Part shown: in pieces, positions 1 to 6,837 of the stretch
How the letters are laid out: every line of letters begins with the position of its first letter
Position numbering within the stretch: the stretch's first letter is position 1
NCBI GenBank assembly: GCA_017412445.1
Contig: JAFPYA010000029.1
Span: 1 to 28,477, forward strand
Length of the DNA stretch: 28,477 nt
DNA from: Clostridia bacterium
GTDB lineage: Bacteria; Bacillota; Clostridia; Christensenellales; Aristaeellaceae
Reading direction: 5' to 3'
Translations under genes and position numbers: made by a program
The notes under the pieces: generated by a model
What the model was told of the DNA's origin: nothing
The model's input: the letters and a program-made list of their open reading frames with translations, nothing else
The model's database searches: none

Positions 1-21
1 GCAGCTTTGCCGCCCCGAGGA

Positions 22-259
22 CGATTTTTGCGTTAGCGAGCTTGCCCGCGGGAGCAAAAATCGAATCCTTGCAGTTTTTGCGCCCGGAAATTCCCGCAGG
101 AATTTCAGCAAAAACTGTTTTCCTTTTACATAATTAATCTTAATTTGCTGTTTTGACAAAAAATGCTTCTGCGAGCAAAAAACCGCTTAAAATGAATCTC
201 TGATTCATTTTAAGCGAGAGGCGCCTGTTACAGCGCCCCCTATGCCCTGCCGAGGCAGG
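22..259. repeat. Cluster of stacked inverted repeats (REP/MITE-like), probably truncated at the window edge
   Basis: CGATTTTTGC(22-31)/GCAAAAATCG(54-63). CAGTTTTTGC(72-81)/GCAAAAACTG(108-117) with an inner GAAATTCC-cgca-GGAATTTC. Perfect 15-bp CGCTTAAAATGAATC-tct-GATTCATTTTAAGCG (184-216). CCTGCC-ga-GGCAGG (246-259). Confidence 0.7.
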
Positions 260-272
260 TGGAGATATTGAA

Positions 273-809
273 TTATTCTTCTATAGAAATCAAATCTGAC
301 GCTCTCTCGTTGCCGTAATTGTCCACCACGACCAGCTGCATAAAATACCTCGCGTCGTCCGGCAGGGAGGACACGGAAACGTCAAGGCTCAGGGGAACCG
401 TGTTGCCTTCGTCATTATACTCAACCAGGCTGAGGGAATAGTATTCATAAGCATTGGCCGCCTTCCAGCGGTAAAAGGGCTGCGGCTTACCGTTATTGTC
501 ATCAGCGGGCATATAATACGGGCTTACGAACACCAGCTCATATATGCTTTCCAATTTAAGCGTTTGCTTGCCGCTTATCAGCTCATCCTCGCCTGTCTCA
601 AACAAAAGCGGCACGCTCCAGCTTTGGTCGTCAACGCGATATTCGAGTATCAGATTTGCGCTGTGAACGGAGAAATCGTAAAACCCGCTTTCGTTTTCGG
701 TCTGCGAGTAGGCTATGGCCTGAGCCAGATAGCGCCTGACTGCCCGTCGCTCTGTATCATCATAGCGGGCAGCAAAACACTTTTTTTGCCGTTTGAGATG
801 ATGAGGCAC
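273..809 (-). pseudogene. C-terminal continuation of the clostripain-family protein in a shifted frame
   Basis: Overlaps the end of the 713..2200 ORF and has no convincing start of its own. 273..2200 is 1928 nt, so one added base gives a single 643-codon frame. Confidence 0.65.
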
Positions 810-2200
810 TGCCTGTCGTATTTTACGGACGCAGACGCTTCATTAAGTTCATAGTCATTGCCCGCGTATACGAGGCACAGACCCTCCTCGGGCGTGCCGG
901 CGTAAACAAAATACTTGAGTCTGTTGAATACAAACATTTCGGCGTCGGACAGTTCAACGGTGTAAACGCCGTTTGCGGCTTCTGCCCTCACTTCATTGTC
1001 TATCGTCTCAGCGGATTTTACCGCCATGGGATAGTCCGTGATGAAGCTTTTCCACTCGCTCGGCAGGGGCAAATCCGTAAGCTTCTGCTGCCAGGCCGCC
1101 GTTCTGTTCATATCCGCAAACTGGGGGAAATATATGCTCAGCCCGTGGGCGTGCTGGGCGCTGTCAGCGTCCCCTACGCAGCCTACGACGCATTCGTCAA
1201 GGGCTGCCGTTACGCTTTCGGCGTTCGCGCTGAGGGACATGCAATCGCCTGCCAGCTCATACAGATCTATAAAATCGTATTCGGCTTCATCGCCGTATCT
1301 GCCGATGCCCCATTTTCCCACCCTTACGCTGCTGACTGAGGCAAGCTCGTCTCCATGTATTATATAGCTCAGCTCACCAAGCATAAGGTTCAGAGCCTGC
1401 GTAAGGCCGCTTAGCCTGTCGAGCCTCACGAGCGACAGCGTATACGGGTGCTTCTGAGGGCTCACGCGGTTGTTGGTCTCGCAGCTCGCCTGATAGGCGG
1501 CCATCACGTTAAGCCCCATATCCATAGCGGAGCATGAAGCGTCCAGCGCGCTCAAAAAGCCGTAATCCCAGCCGTAATCCGGCTCAATCTCCTGCGAGGC
1601 CAGAAGATAATCGGCATAGGGAGCCAGCATGAACGCCGTTTCGCAGCCCGCCATAAAGCAGGCGTCAAAGCCTATCAGTGAGAGCCTGCTGCCCGAGCAG
1701 CCGGCCTCGTCAAGCGCCTGCGCGATTTCGTTGAGGCTCAGCCGCCTGTCCTCAGGGTTGGTGATGTCGTTGCCAAAGCCCTCTATGGGCCCGTAGCCGT
1801 GATCCCAGAAGATGAGTGCGAGCCTGCCACCGTTTGAAGCGGAGATGCCCTCCCGCAAAAGCGCCTTTAGCGTCTCCTTGTCCCCCATGCAGGTGTCAAG
1901 GGTTCCCAACTGAACAAGGCCGTCCGGGGTAAGGCGGCTGAGCACCGGGGAGGCGGCGTCAAGCTCATTGTGCCACCTGCGCGCGCCGCCGGTGAGGAGT
2001 ATCAGCTGCGTGTCGCCGCTTAGCGACTGCTGCATTTCCTTTATGTCCTTTACCGCGGTGCCGCTGTAGGTTTCAAGATCCGAGCCGACCATGTACACCA
2101 TGATCGTCCAAAAGGAGCCGCCCCCGTTTTCCGCCCCGCCAAACGGCGCCATGGCCAAAAGCAGCGCGAGAATAAGAGAGATATGTCTTTTAAAACTCAT
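713..2200 (-). CDS. Secreted clostripain-related cysteine peptidase (family C11), N-terminal and catalytic part
   Basis: Signal peptide MSFKRHISLILALLLAMAPFGGA. Family motifs WTIMVYMVGSDLE, LIFWDHG (catalytic His), IGFDACFM (catalytic Cys) and YLLASQEIEP. ATGA overlap with the upstream gene. Confidence 0.85.
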   Translation of the reverse strand: MSFKRHISLILALLLAMAPFGGAENGGGSFWTIMVYMVGSDLETYSGTAVKDIKEMQQSLSGDTQLILLTGGARRWHNELDAASPVLSRLTPDGLVQLGTLDTCMGDKETLKALLREGISASNGGRLALIFWDHGYGPIEGFGNDITNPEDRRLSLNEIAQALDEAGCSGSRLSLIGFDACFMAGCETAFMLAPYADYLLASQEIEPDYGWDYGFLSALDASCSAMDMGLNVMAAYQASCETNNRVSPQKHPYTLSLVRLDRLSGLTQALNLMLGELSYIIHGDELASVSSVRVGKWGIGRYGDEAEYDFIDLYELAGDCMSLSANAESVTAALDECVVGCVGDADSAQHAHGLSIYFPQFADMNRTAAWQQKLTDLPLPSEWKSFITDYPMAVKSAETIDNEVRAEAANGVYTVELSDAEMFVFNRLKYFVYAGTPEEGLCLVYAGNDYELNEASASVKYDRQCLIISNGKKSVLLPAMMIQSDGQSGAIWLRP

Positions 2201-2868
2201 TTGCTTAATTCGCTTACAATCGTTTCAAACTCGGTTTTTTCTATGCCCTCGCTCGTCAGCACTATCCAAAGCTCCGAGCGCCTGTATACCGCGCTTAATT
2301 CATTTGTAGAAGGGTCGAGATTGAATCTTGCCCCGCTTGGCCCCGCGTTTTTATCCTCAAGCGCGCCGTAGAGCGCGTTCTCCATATCGCTTACGCTCGC
2401 GTACATGCTTGCTTCGCCTCTCGTAAGCTCCACAAAGGCCTGCTTATGCTCGCCCGAGGAGTAAACTATCGTATCGGTTATCGTCCAGCCTTGAAATAAG
2501 TCATTGCTCGCTACGCCAAACGCCGCTTCGAAATCGTCGCCCGCTTCGCCGCGCGATACGAGGCCGGAGGGCAGAGCGCTCAATTGCACGCTGCCGTATT
2601 CAAACCTTTTGCCCGCTTCAATATTTGTGTTTTGTCCGGGACGTATGAGGGCGACCGCCAGCACTACGCAGGCCGCCAGTGCCGCAAAGGCAGGGACGTA
2701 GCGCAAATAAATGCTCTTCTTTTTCTGTGCTTTCTCGGCGTCTTTATTTCGCAATTCAGTATTTTTGCTCAGCATCAATTGCAGCGTTTCCTGCGCCTTC
2801 GCTTCGGAGAGCTGCTGATTTTCCATATCCGTTATGTAGCTTCCCTTTATACTCTTAGCCATAAACAT
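2197..2868 (-). CDS. Single-pass membrane protein, probable anti-sigma factor
   Basis: Directly downstream of the ECF sigma. Short cytoplasmic N-terminus, one hydrophobic helix (YVPAFAALAACVVLAVALI), then an extracytoplasmic domain. GAGGAG RBS; the start may be the second ATG at 2862. Confidence 0.65.
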   Translation of the reverse strand: MFMAKSIKGSYITDMENQQLSEAKAQETLQLMLSKNTELRNKDAEKAQKKKSIYLRYVPAFAALAACVVLAVALIRPGQNTNIEAGKRFEYGSVQLSALPSGLVSRGEAGDDFEAAFGVASNDLFQGWTITDTIVYSSGEHKQAFVELTRGEASMYASVSDMENALYGALEDKNAGPSGARFNLDPSTNELSAVYRRSELWIVLTSEGIEKTEFETIVSELSK

Positions 2869-2900
2869 AATCTCCTCAAAATAGTATCGGCCCTGCGCGG

Positions 2901-3422
2901 CTACGTCTGCAATTCCACGCTTGTTTTGAGCTTGTCTCGCGCGCGGGACAGACGGGTTTTTACGTTTTGCTCGCTTATGCCGAGGCTTTGAGCTATCTGG
3001 CGCACGCTCATGTCCTCATAATAGAACAGATGTATCACCGTGCGGTAGGCCTCGCTCAATTGCTCCACGGCCTCCTTCATAAGGGTTATGTCCTCCTGCT
3101 GCTCCAGCGCCTCCTCCGGCGTATTGTCTTCGCTTGCCGGCTCGGAAGGGCTTTCATCCTTGGAAAGGGCGTCATCGAACTGCACGCTCAGCTTTATCCA
3201 CATGCTTCTGAAGTGCTTTCGGCAGGCGTTTTGCGTAACGTGTATCAGCCAGGCCTTCAGGTGTTCCATATCGCGGATGCGGTCAGAGTAGCGCACCAGC
3301 GCCATGAATACGTCCTGCTGTATGTCCTCCGCCAAGGACACGCTTTTGGTTTTTACGAGGGCAAGGCGGTATACCATGTTATGGTACTGCTCGTAGGCCT
3401 GTGACAGCTCCTCGTTTGTCAT
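2901..3422 (-). CDS. ECF (sigma-70 family, group 4) RNA polymerase sigma factor
   Basis: Region 2 (YEQYHNMVYRLAL...AEDIQQDVFM...LKAWLIHVTQNAC) and region 4 (LSEAYRTVIHLFYYEDMSVRQIAQSLGISEQNVKTRLSRAR). ATG at 3422 preferred over the ORF-track start at 3467, which lies at the predicted transcription start. Confidence 0.93.
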   Translation of the reverse strand: MTNEELSQAYEQYHNMVYRLALVKTKSVSLAEDIQQDVFMALVRYSDRIRDMEHLKAWLIHVTQNACRKHFRSMWIKLSVQFDDALSKDESPSEPASEDNTPEEALEQQEDITLMKEAVEQLSEAYRTVIHLFYYEDMSVRQIAQSLGISEQNVKTRLSRARDKLKTSVELQT

Positions 3423-3467
3423 TCTTTCGCCGTTAATGGGAATCACCCCGCTCGTTTTGGTATACAA

Positions 3468-3496
3468 AGTATACCATACGGGGTCGTAGTTGGCAA
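3468..3496 (-). promoter_or_regulatory. sigmaA-type promoter for the ECF/anti-sigma/clostripain operon
   Basis: Minus strand TTGCCA-17 nt-TATACT with TG extension, overlapped by the palindrome TGGTATAC-AAA-GTATACCA (3458-3476). Confidence 0.7.
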
Positions 3497-3921
3497 GAGT
3501 CCTGTGATCTTTGCCTTGCGTTTATGCGCGTGCGCTTATGCAAGCATAGCTGTTCCGCCAAAGCTTTTTGCCGCTTATACTCGTAACATCCCTTTTGCGC
3601 AAACAGGTTACAGCCAAAAATAAAACAGTCCCACTGAAATCGGGGAAGGACACAAAACGAACGACTTGTCACCTCAAGCGCCTTATACCAGCGCATCACC
3701 TCAGTGTCCTGGGGCGAGGAACCGGTGCCGGCGTAGAAGCTTACGCCGTCCGTTCTCATATCGGGCTTTATGTCTCCAAGCCCGCCAAACTCAGCTTTGT
3801 TGATGCTATGTACTTGGCGAAGCAAGGTTACATCTGTTTGGTATGATAAAACAGGTTAAATCACTATGCGTCACGGCATCCGACAGACGATACCTCATAT
3901 CGTCCACGTATGCAACAATTA

Positions 3922-4008
3922 TTCATTTTTCAGTCTTAAGTCTTCAGTATTCATTTAGAAAATCCTGTCGGGGAAATGAATAATGAAGATTGAAGACTTA
4001 AGAATGAA
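3922..4008. repeat. Two inverted arrays of five 7-nt units each
   Basis: TTCATTT TTCAGTC TTAAGTC TTCAGTA TTCATTT (3922-3956), 17-nt spacer, then AAATGAA TAATGAA GATTGAA GACTTAA GAATGAA (3974-4008). Confidence 0.8.
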
Positions 4009-4020
4009 GAATACAAAGCG

Positions 4021-4050
4021 AAAATCCTGCCACTGTCGTGACAGGATTTT
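4021..4050 (-). terminator. Intrinsic terminator hairpin downstream of tmRNA
   Basis: AAAATCCTG...CAGGATTTT stem starting 5 nt after the CCA end, followed by TTTTCGCTTT on the minus strand. Confidence 0.75.
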
Positions 4051-4055
4051 CGCAT

Positions 4056-4405
4056 TGGTGGAGGCGAGGGGGGTCGAACCCCTGTCCGAAAACCCGGTGC
4101 CAAAAGCTTCTCCGAGCGCAGACTGCGTTTTAAATTTCCCCGCTTGAAACTCCCGCAGACGGGATTGACAGTTGGGTAGCTTCATAAATGCCGACGCAGC
4201 TCAAAGCTTTGCCGCGCCCGTTCCCTGCCTTTATGACGCCGGTGGCCTGCGCCGCAGGAGGCTCAGGGTCGACGGTAGCCGCTTAGGCGGCTACAGCGTA
4301 ACTGTTTTCGTTCGCAGTTATTGTTTTTCCCGATTTTAAGGCAGTTCGGGGCTGCCGCTCGCTTCTTTTGACCTCGTGATCCCCGTCGAAACCAAATACG
4401 CCCCC
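4056..4405 (-). ncRNA. ssrA: tmRNA (SsrA), tag peptide ANENSYAVAA
   Basis: 5' GGGGGCGTATTTGGTTTCGACGGGG and 3' GGGGTTCGACCCCCCTCGCCTCCACCA. Acceptor stem with G3.U wobble and encoded CCA. Tag frame GCG AAC GAA AAC AGT TAC GCT GTA GCC GCC TAA at 4315..4283. Adjacent to smpB. Confidence 0.97.
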
Positions 4406-4408
4406 GCG

Positions 4409-4873
4409 TCATCTGCCCTTGGAGGCAGCCCTGAGCGACCTTGCGATCTCGCGGGAGGCATCGCGTGAGGCGATGTCGTCACGCTTGTCGTAGTTGTGCT
4501 TGCCCTTGCAGATGGCAAGCAGCATTTTTACGCGGCCGTTCTTCAGGTATATTTCCAGAGGAATCAGTGTGAGCCCCTTTAAGGACACCGCCTGCTCCAG
4601 CCGCCGTATCTCCTGCTTGTGCATAAGCAGGCGCTTTACGCGCAAGGGGTCGGTGTTGAACACGTTGCCCTTTTCGTAGGGGCTTATGTGCATGCCGTAC
4701 ACCAAAAGCTCGCCAGAGACCACCTGGGCGTAGCTGTCCTTAAGGTTGCATTTGCCCATGCGTATGCTCTTTACCTCGGTGCCCTTGAGCTCTATGCCCG
4801 CCTCAAAGCTGTCCTCTATGAAATAGTCGTGACGCGCCTTGCGGTTCTGGGCGAGAATTTTGTGTGCGTCCAT
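4409..4873 (-). CDS. smpB: SsrA-binding protein SmpB
   Basis: [29 protein letters not shown]...[12 protein letters not shown]...[21 protein letters not shown] before the ATG at 4873. Confidence 0.98.
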   Translation of the reverse strand: MDAHKILAQNRKARHDYFIEDSFEAGIELKGTEVKSIRMGKCNLKDSYAQVVSGELLVYGMHISPYEKGNVFNTDPLRVKRLLMHKQEIRRLEQAVSLKGLTLIPLEIYLKNGRVKMLLAICKGKHNYDKRDDIASRDASREIARSLRAASKGR

Positions 4874-4898
4874 GCGTTCCCTCTCCTTGCGGTGTTTT

Positions 4899-4927
4899 AT
4901 TATACCATAAGCCCGCGCTTTTGTAAA
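4899..4927 (-). promoter_or_regulatory. sigmaA-type promoter of smpB-ssrA
   Basis: Minus strand TTTACA-17 nt-TATAAT with TG extension. Confidence 0.75.
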
Positions 4928-4949
4928 TAGAAAAATTTGCGCCGTGGGC

Positions 4950-4978
4950 TTTTCAAACTTCTTTGGGTGTGATATAAT
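4950..4978 (+). promoter_or_regulatory. Extended -10 promoter for the peptide/ECF pair, divergent from smpB
   Basis: TG-A-TATAAT (4970-4978) with a weak -35 TTTTCA 17 nt upstream. Confidence 0.55.
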
Positions 4979-5066
4979 AAATCTGCTGCCAGAGGGACGC
5001 CCCTTTGCGTATAAAACAATGTACTGTGTACATATATACTTTAAGGCAGAGAGGTGTTTGATCATT

Positions 5067-5249
5067 ATGGAAAAGAAGCTTACGCAGTTGTTTGATTTAC
5101 AGCGCTTTGAGGTTAATCCGGCGCTTCAAAGCGTGATAGACGAGACGCACGCGCGCATGTCGCGGCACATCTCGCTGGACGATGCCGAGATAGTGGCCGC
5201 CGCGGGCGGCAGATACATCCCTCAAGAGGAGAAAAAGGAACCTAAGTAA
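5067..5249 (+). CDS. 60-aa peptide with a double-glycine leader-like motif (candidate PCAT substrate and/or sigma partner)
   Basis: [71 protein letters not shown] about 10 nt before the ATG. Stop overlaps the sigma start (TAATG). Confidence 0.8.
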   Translation: MEKKLTQLFDLQRFEVNPALQSVIDETHARMSRHISLDDAEIVAAAGGRYIPQEEKKEPK

Positions 5250-5722
5250 TGAACATAGAGCTCATCTACGCCCAGTACCGGGGCAAGGTGCTCAGCTACA
5301 TCCGTTCGCGGGTGGGCTCTTTTGCCGATGCCGAGGATTTGTGCGAGGATGTGTTCGAAAAGATACAAAACAAGCTGGGTGAATACGACGAGAGCAAGGC
5401 GAAAATTAGCACCTGGATCTACACCATCACCCACAACAGCGTGATTGACTATTACCGCCGCACCCGCCCCTCGGGCGAGCTTGACGAAAACATGGCAAGC
5501 GAGGACGAGGTGAGCGACAACCTTTTGAGCACCGAGACCTTAAGCGAGCTGGCTCAGGCGCTCAAAAAGCTGCCCCAGCAAATGCGCGACATTATAGTGC
5601 TCAGATACTACGACGGCAAGCCCCTTACCGAAATAAGCGAAATAATGGGTCTGAGCTACGGCGCGACCAAGCTCAGGCACGCGAGCGCGCTGCAGATGCT
5701 CAAAGAACAGATGCGCTCTTAA
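5249..5722 (+). CDS. ECF sigma factor (sigma-70 family, regions 2 and 4 only)
   Basis: IYAQYRGKVLSYI...AEDLCEDVFEK...STWIYTITHNSVIDYYR and LPQQMRDIIVLRYYDGKPLTEISEIMGLSYGATKLR. Confidence 0.93.
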   Translation: MNIELIYAQYRGKVLSYIRSRVGSFADAEDLCEDVFEKIQNKLGEYDESKAKISTWIYTITHNSVIDYYRRTRPSGELDENMASEDEVSDNLLSTETLSELAQALKKLPQQMRDIIVLRYYDGKPLTEISEIMGLSYGATKLRHASALQMLKEQMRS

Positions 5723-5730
5723 GCAAACAA

Positions 5731-5781
5731 GTTTTCACCCCGTGACCGCAGTTCAATGCGTTTTCGGGGTGAAGCTTTTTT
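5731..5781 (+). terminator. Intrinsic terminator after the ECF sigma
   Basis: TTCACCCCG...CGGGGTGAA stem with an inner CGCA/TGCG stem, followed by a T run. Confidence 0.65.
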
Positions 5782-5791
5782 ATGCGGGAAA

Positions 5792-6183
5792 CACCTCATC
5801 CGACCTTGTTAAGCCCATCGCGGTGGCAGCGGAAAGTCGCCACCTCATCCGACCTCGCTGCGCTCGGCCACCTTCCCTTCGGAGGGGAAGGCTACCAAAA
5901 GGCTTCCCCTTGAGGGGAAGCTGGCAGCCGTAAGGCTGACTGATGAGGTGGGCAAAAGGCGAACATATCTCTTCGTTCATCAATATTCCATCCTTCACTC
6001 TCCGACCTCGTTTCGCCATTAACAGCGGCAGCTGAGACCCGCCACCTCATCCGACCTCGCTGCGCTCGGCCACCTTCCCCTCGGAGGGGAAGGCGCTCAA
6101 AGGGCTTCCCCTGGAGGGGAAGCGGGCAGCCGTAAGGCTGACTGATGAGGTGGCGGCATCCTCAAGGCTGACTTATGAGGTGG
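5792..6183. repeat. REP/REPIN-like composite palindromic elements, two near-identical 112-bp copies plus partial copies
   Basis: CCACCTCATCCGACCTCGCTGCGCTCGGCCACCTTCCC...GGGGAAGGC-spacer-GGCTTCCCCT..GAGGGGAAGC.GGCAGCCGTAAGGCTGACTGATGAGGTGG at 5840-5951 and 6042-6153. Partial copies near 5792, 6000 and 6164. Confidence 0.88.
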
Positions 6184-6252
6184 GCTTCCGCGTAGCGTCC
6201 CCCATTCCCCCAACGAAATCTGCGGCGCCTTTTTGTTTTGCCCGGTTTTCTA

Positions 6253-6281
6253 TTGACAAATCGGGCTTTCGGTTTTATTAT
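6253..6281 (+). promoter_or_regulatory. sigmaA-type promoter of the NHLP export operon
   Basis: TTGACA-17 nt-TATTAT, followed immediately by a tandem TACTCAAA x2 (6283-6298). Confidence 0.8.
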
Positions 6282-6331
6282 TTACTCAAATACTCAAATA
6301 AAACGTACCCATCAGTAAAGGAGAATAGCCT

Positions 6332-6826
6332 ATGAGTCAGGAGCAGGGCAAGGTCAGGCTGTTCAGGGAAAAGAGCCTTGAGGCGATTGAATCCCCGGAA
6401 AAGCTGAACGATTATCTCAGGGTGACCGACGCGGGCGTGTGGCTGGTGCTGGCCGCCGTGATAGCGCTGCTTGCAGGTTTCGTTTTGTGGGGCATATTCG
6501 GCAGCATAGATACCACCGTGAACATGGCTGTGGAGGCCGAAAACGGCGTGAGCGTGGTCTACGTGCCCTACGAAAAGCTGGACGCGGTGATGGAAAAGGG
6601 CTATGTCACGCTCGATAACGGCGACACCTACCGCTTCGACACAGCCGCGGCCATAAGCGTAAAGGTGCTGGACGAAACGCAAAGCGCCTTTTTGCTCAGG
6701 GCGGGCGGCTTCAGCGCGGGCGATGTGACCGCGGTGCTCACGCTCAAGGGCGCGCCCGGGGACGGCGTGTATTCCGCCTCGGCGGTGACCGAGCGCCTAA
6801 AGCCCATCTCGCTTTTGTTTAAATAG
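6332..6826 (+). CDS. Short NHLP-system secretion/adaptor protein (N-terminus like the HlyD-type NHLM secretion protein)
   Basis: LFREKSLEAIESPEKLNDYLRVTDAGVWLVLAAVIALLAGFVLWGIFG resembles the N-terminus of NHLM secretion proteins. One TM helix, AAGGAG RBS, first gene before two NHLP ABC transporters. Confidence 0.75.
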   Translation: MSQEQGKVRLFREKSLEAIESPEKLNDYLRVTDAGVWLVLAAVIALLAGFVLWGIFGSIDTTVNMAVEAENGVSVVYVPYEKLDAVMEKGYVTLDNGDTYRFDTAAAISVKVLDETQSAFLLRAGGFSAGDVTAVLTLKGAPGDGVYSASAVTERLKPISLLFK

Positions 6827-6837
6827 GAGGGGACAAG

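Noticed and set aside
781-787. Programmed -1 ribosomal frameshift in the clostripain gene
   Set aside because: In the reading frame the run reads GGC AAA AAA AGT, not the canonical A-AAA-AAG register, and I saw no convincing stimulatory structure downstream.
3433-3825. 130-aa ORF as an intact gene
   Set aside because: It runs through the promoter and operator of the ECF operon, has no RBS, and only its central third looks coding-like. Kept only as a low-interest remnant.
1-4056. Genomic island integrated at the tmRNA 3' end
   Set aside because: No integrase, and I found no duplicate of the ssrA 3' sequence in positions 1-4050. An att site beyond the left edge cannot be excluded.
4984-5033. 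Autoregulatory ECF promoter (CGTATA at 5008-5013) and palindrome ATGTAC-tgt-GTACAT (5019-5033)
   Set aside because: I could not find a matching -35/-10 pair upstream of the exporter or elsewhere, and a 6-bp palindrome is too short to support alone.
5792-6183. Possible CRISPR array
   Set aside because: Repeat spacing is irregular (about 49, 155 and 45 bp), units occur in both orientations, they are internally palindromic over more than 100 bp, and no cas genes are present.
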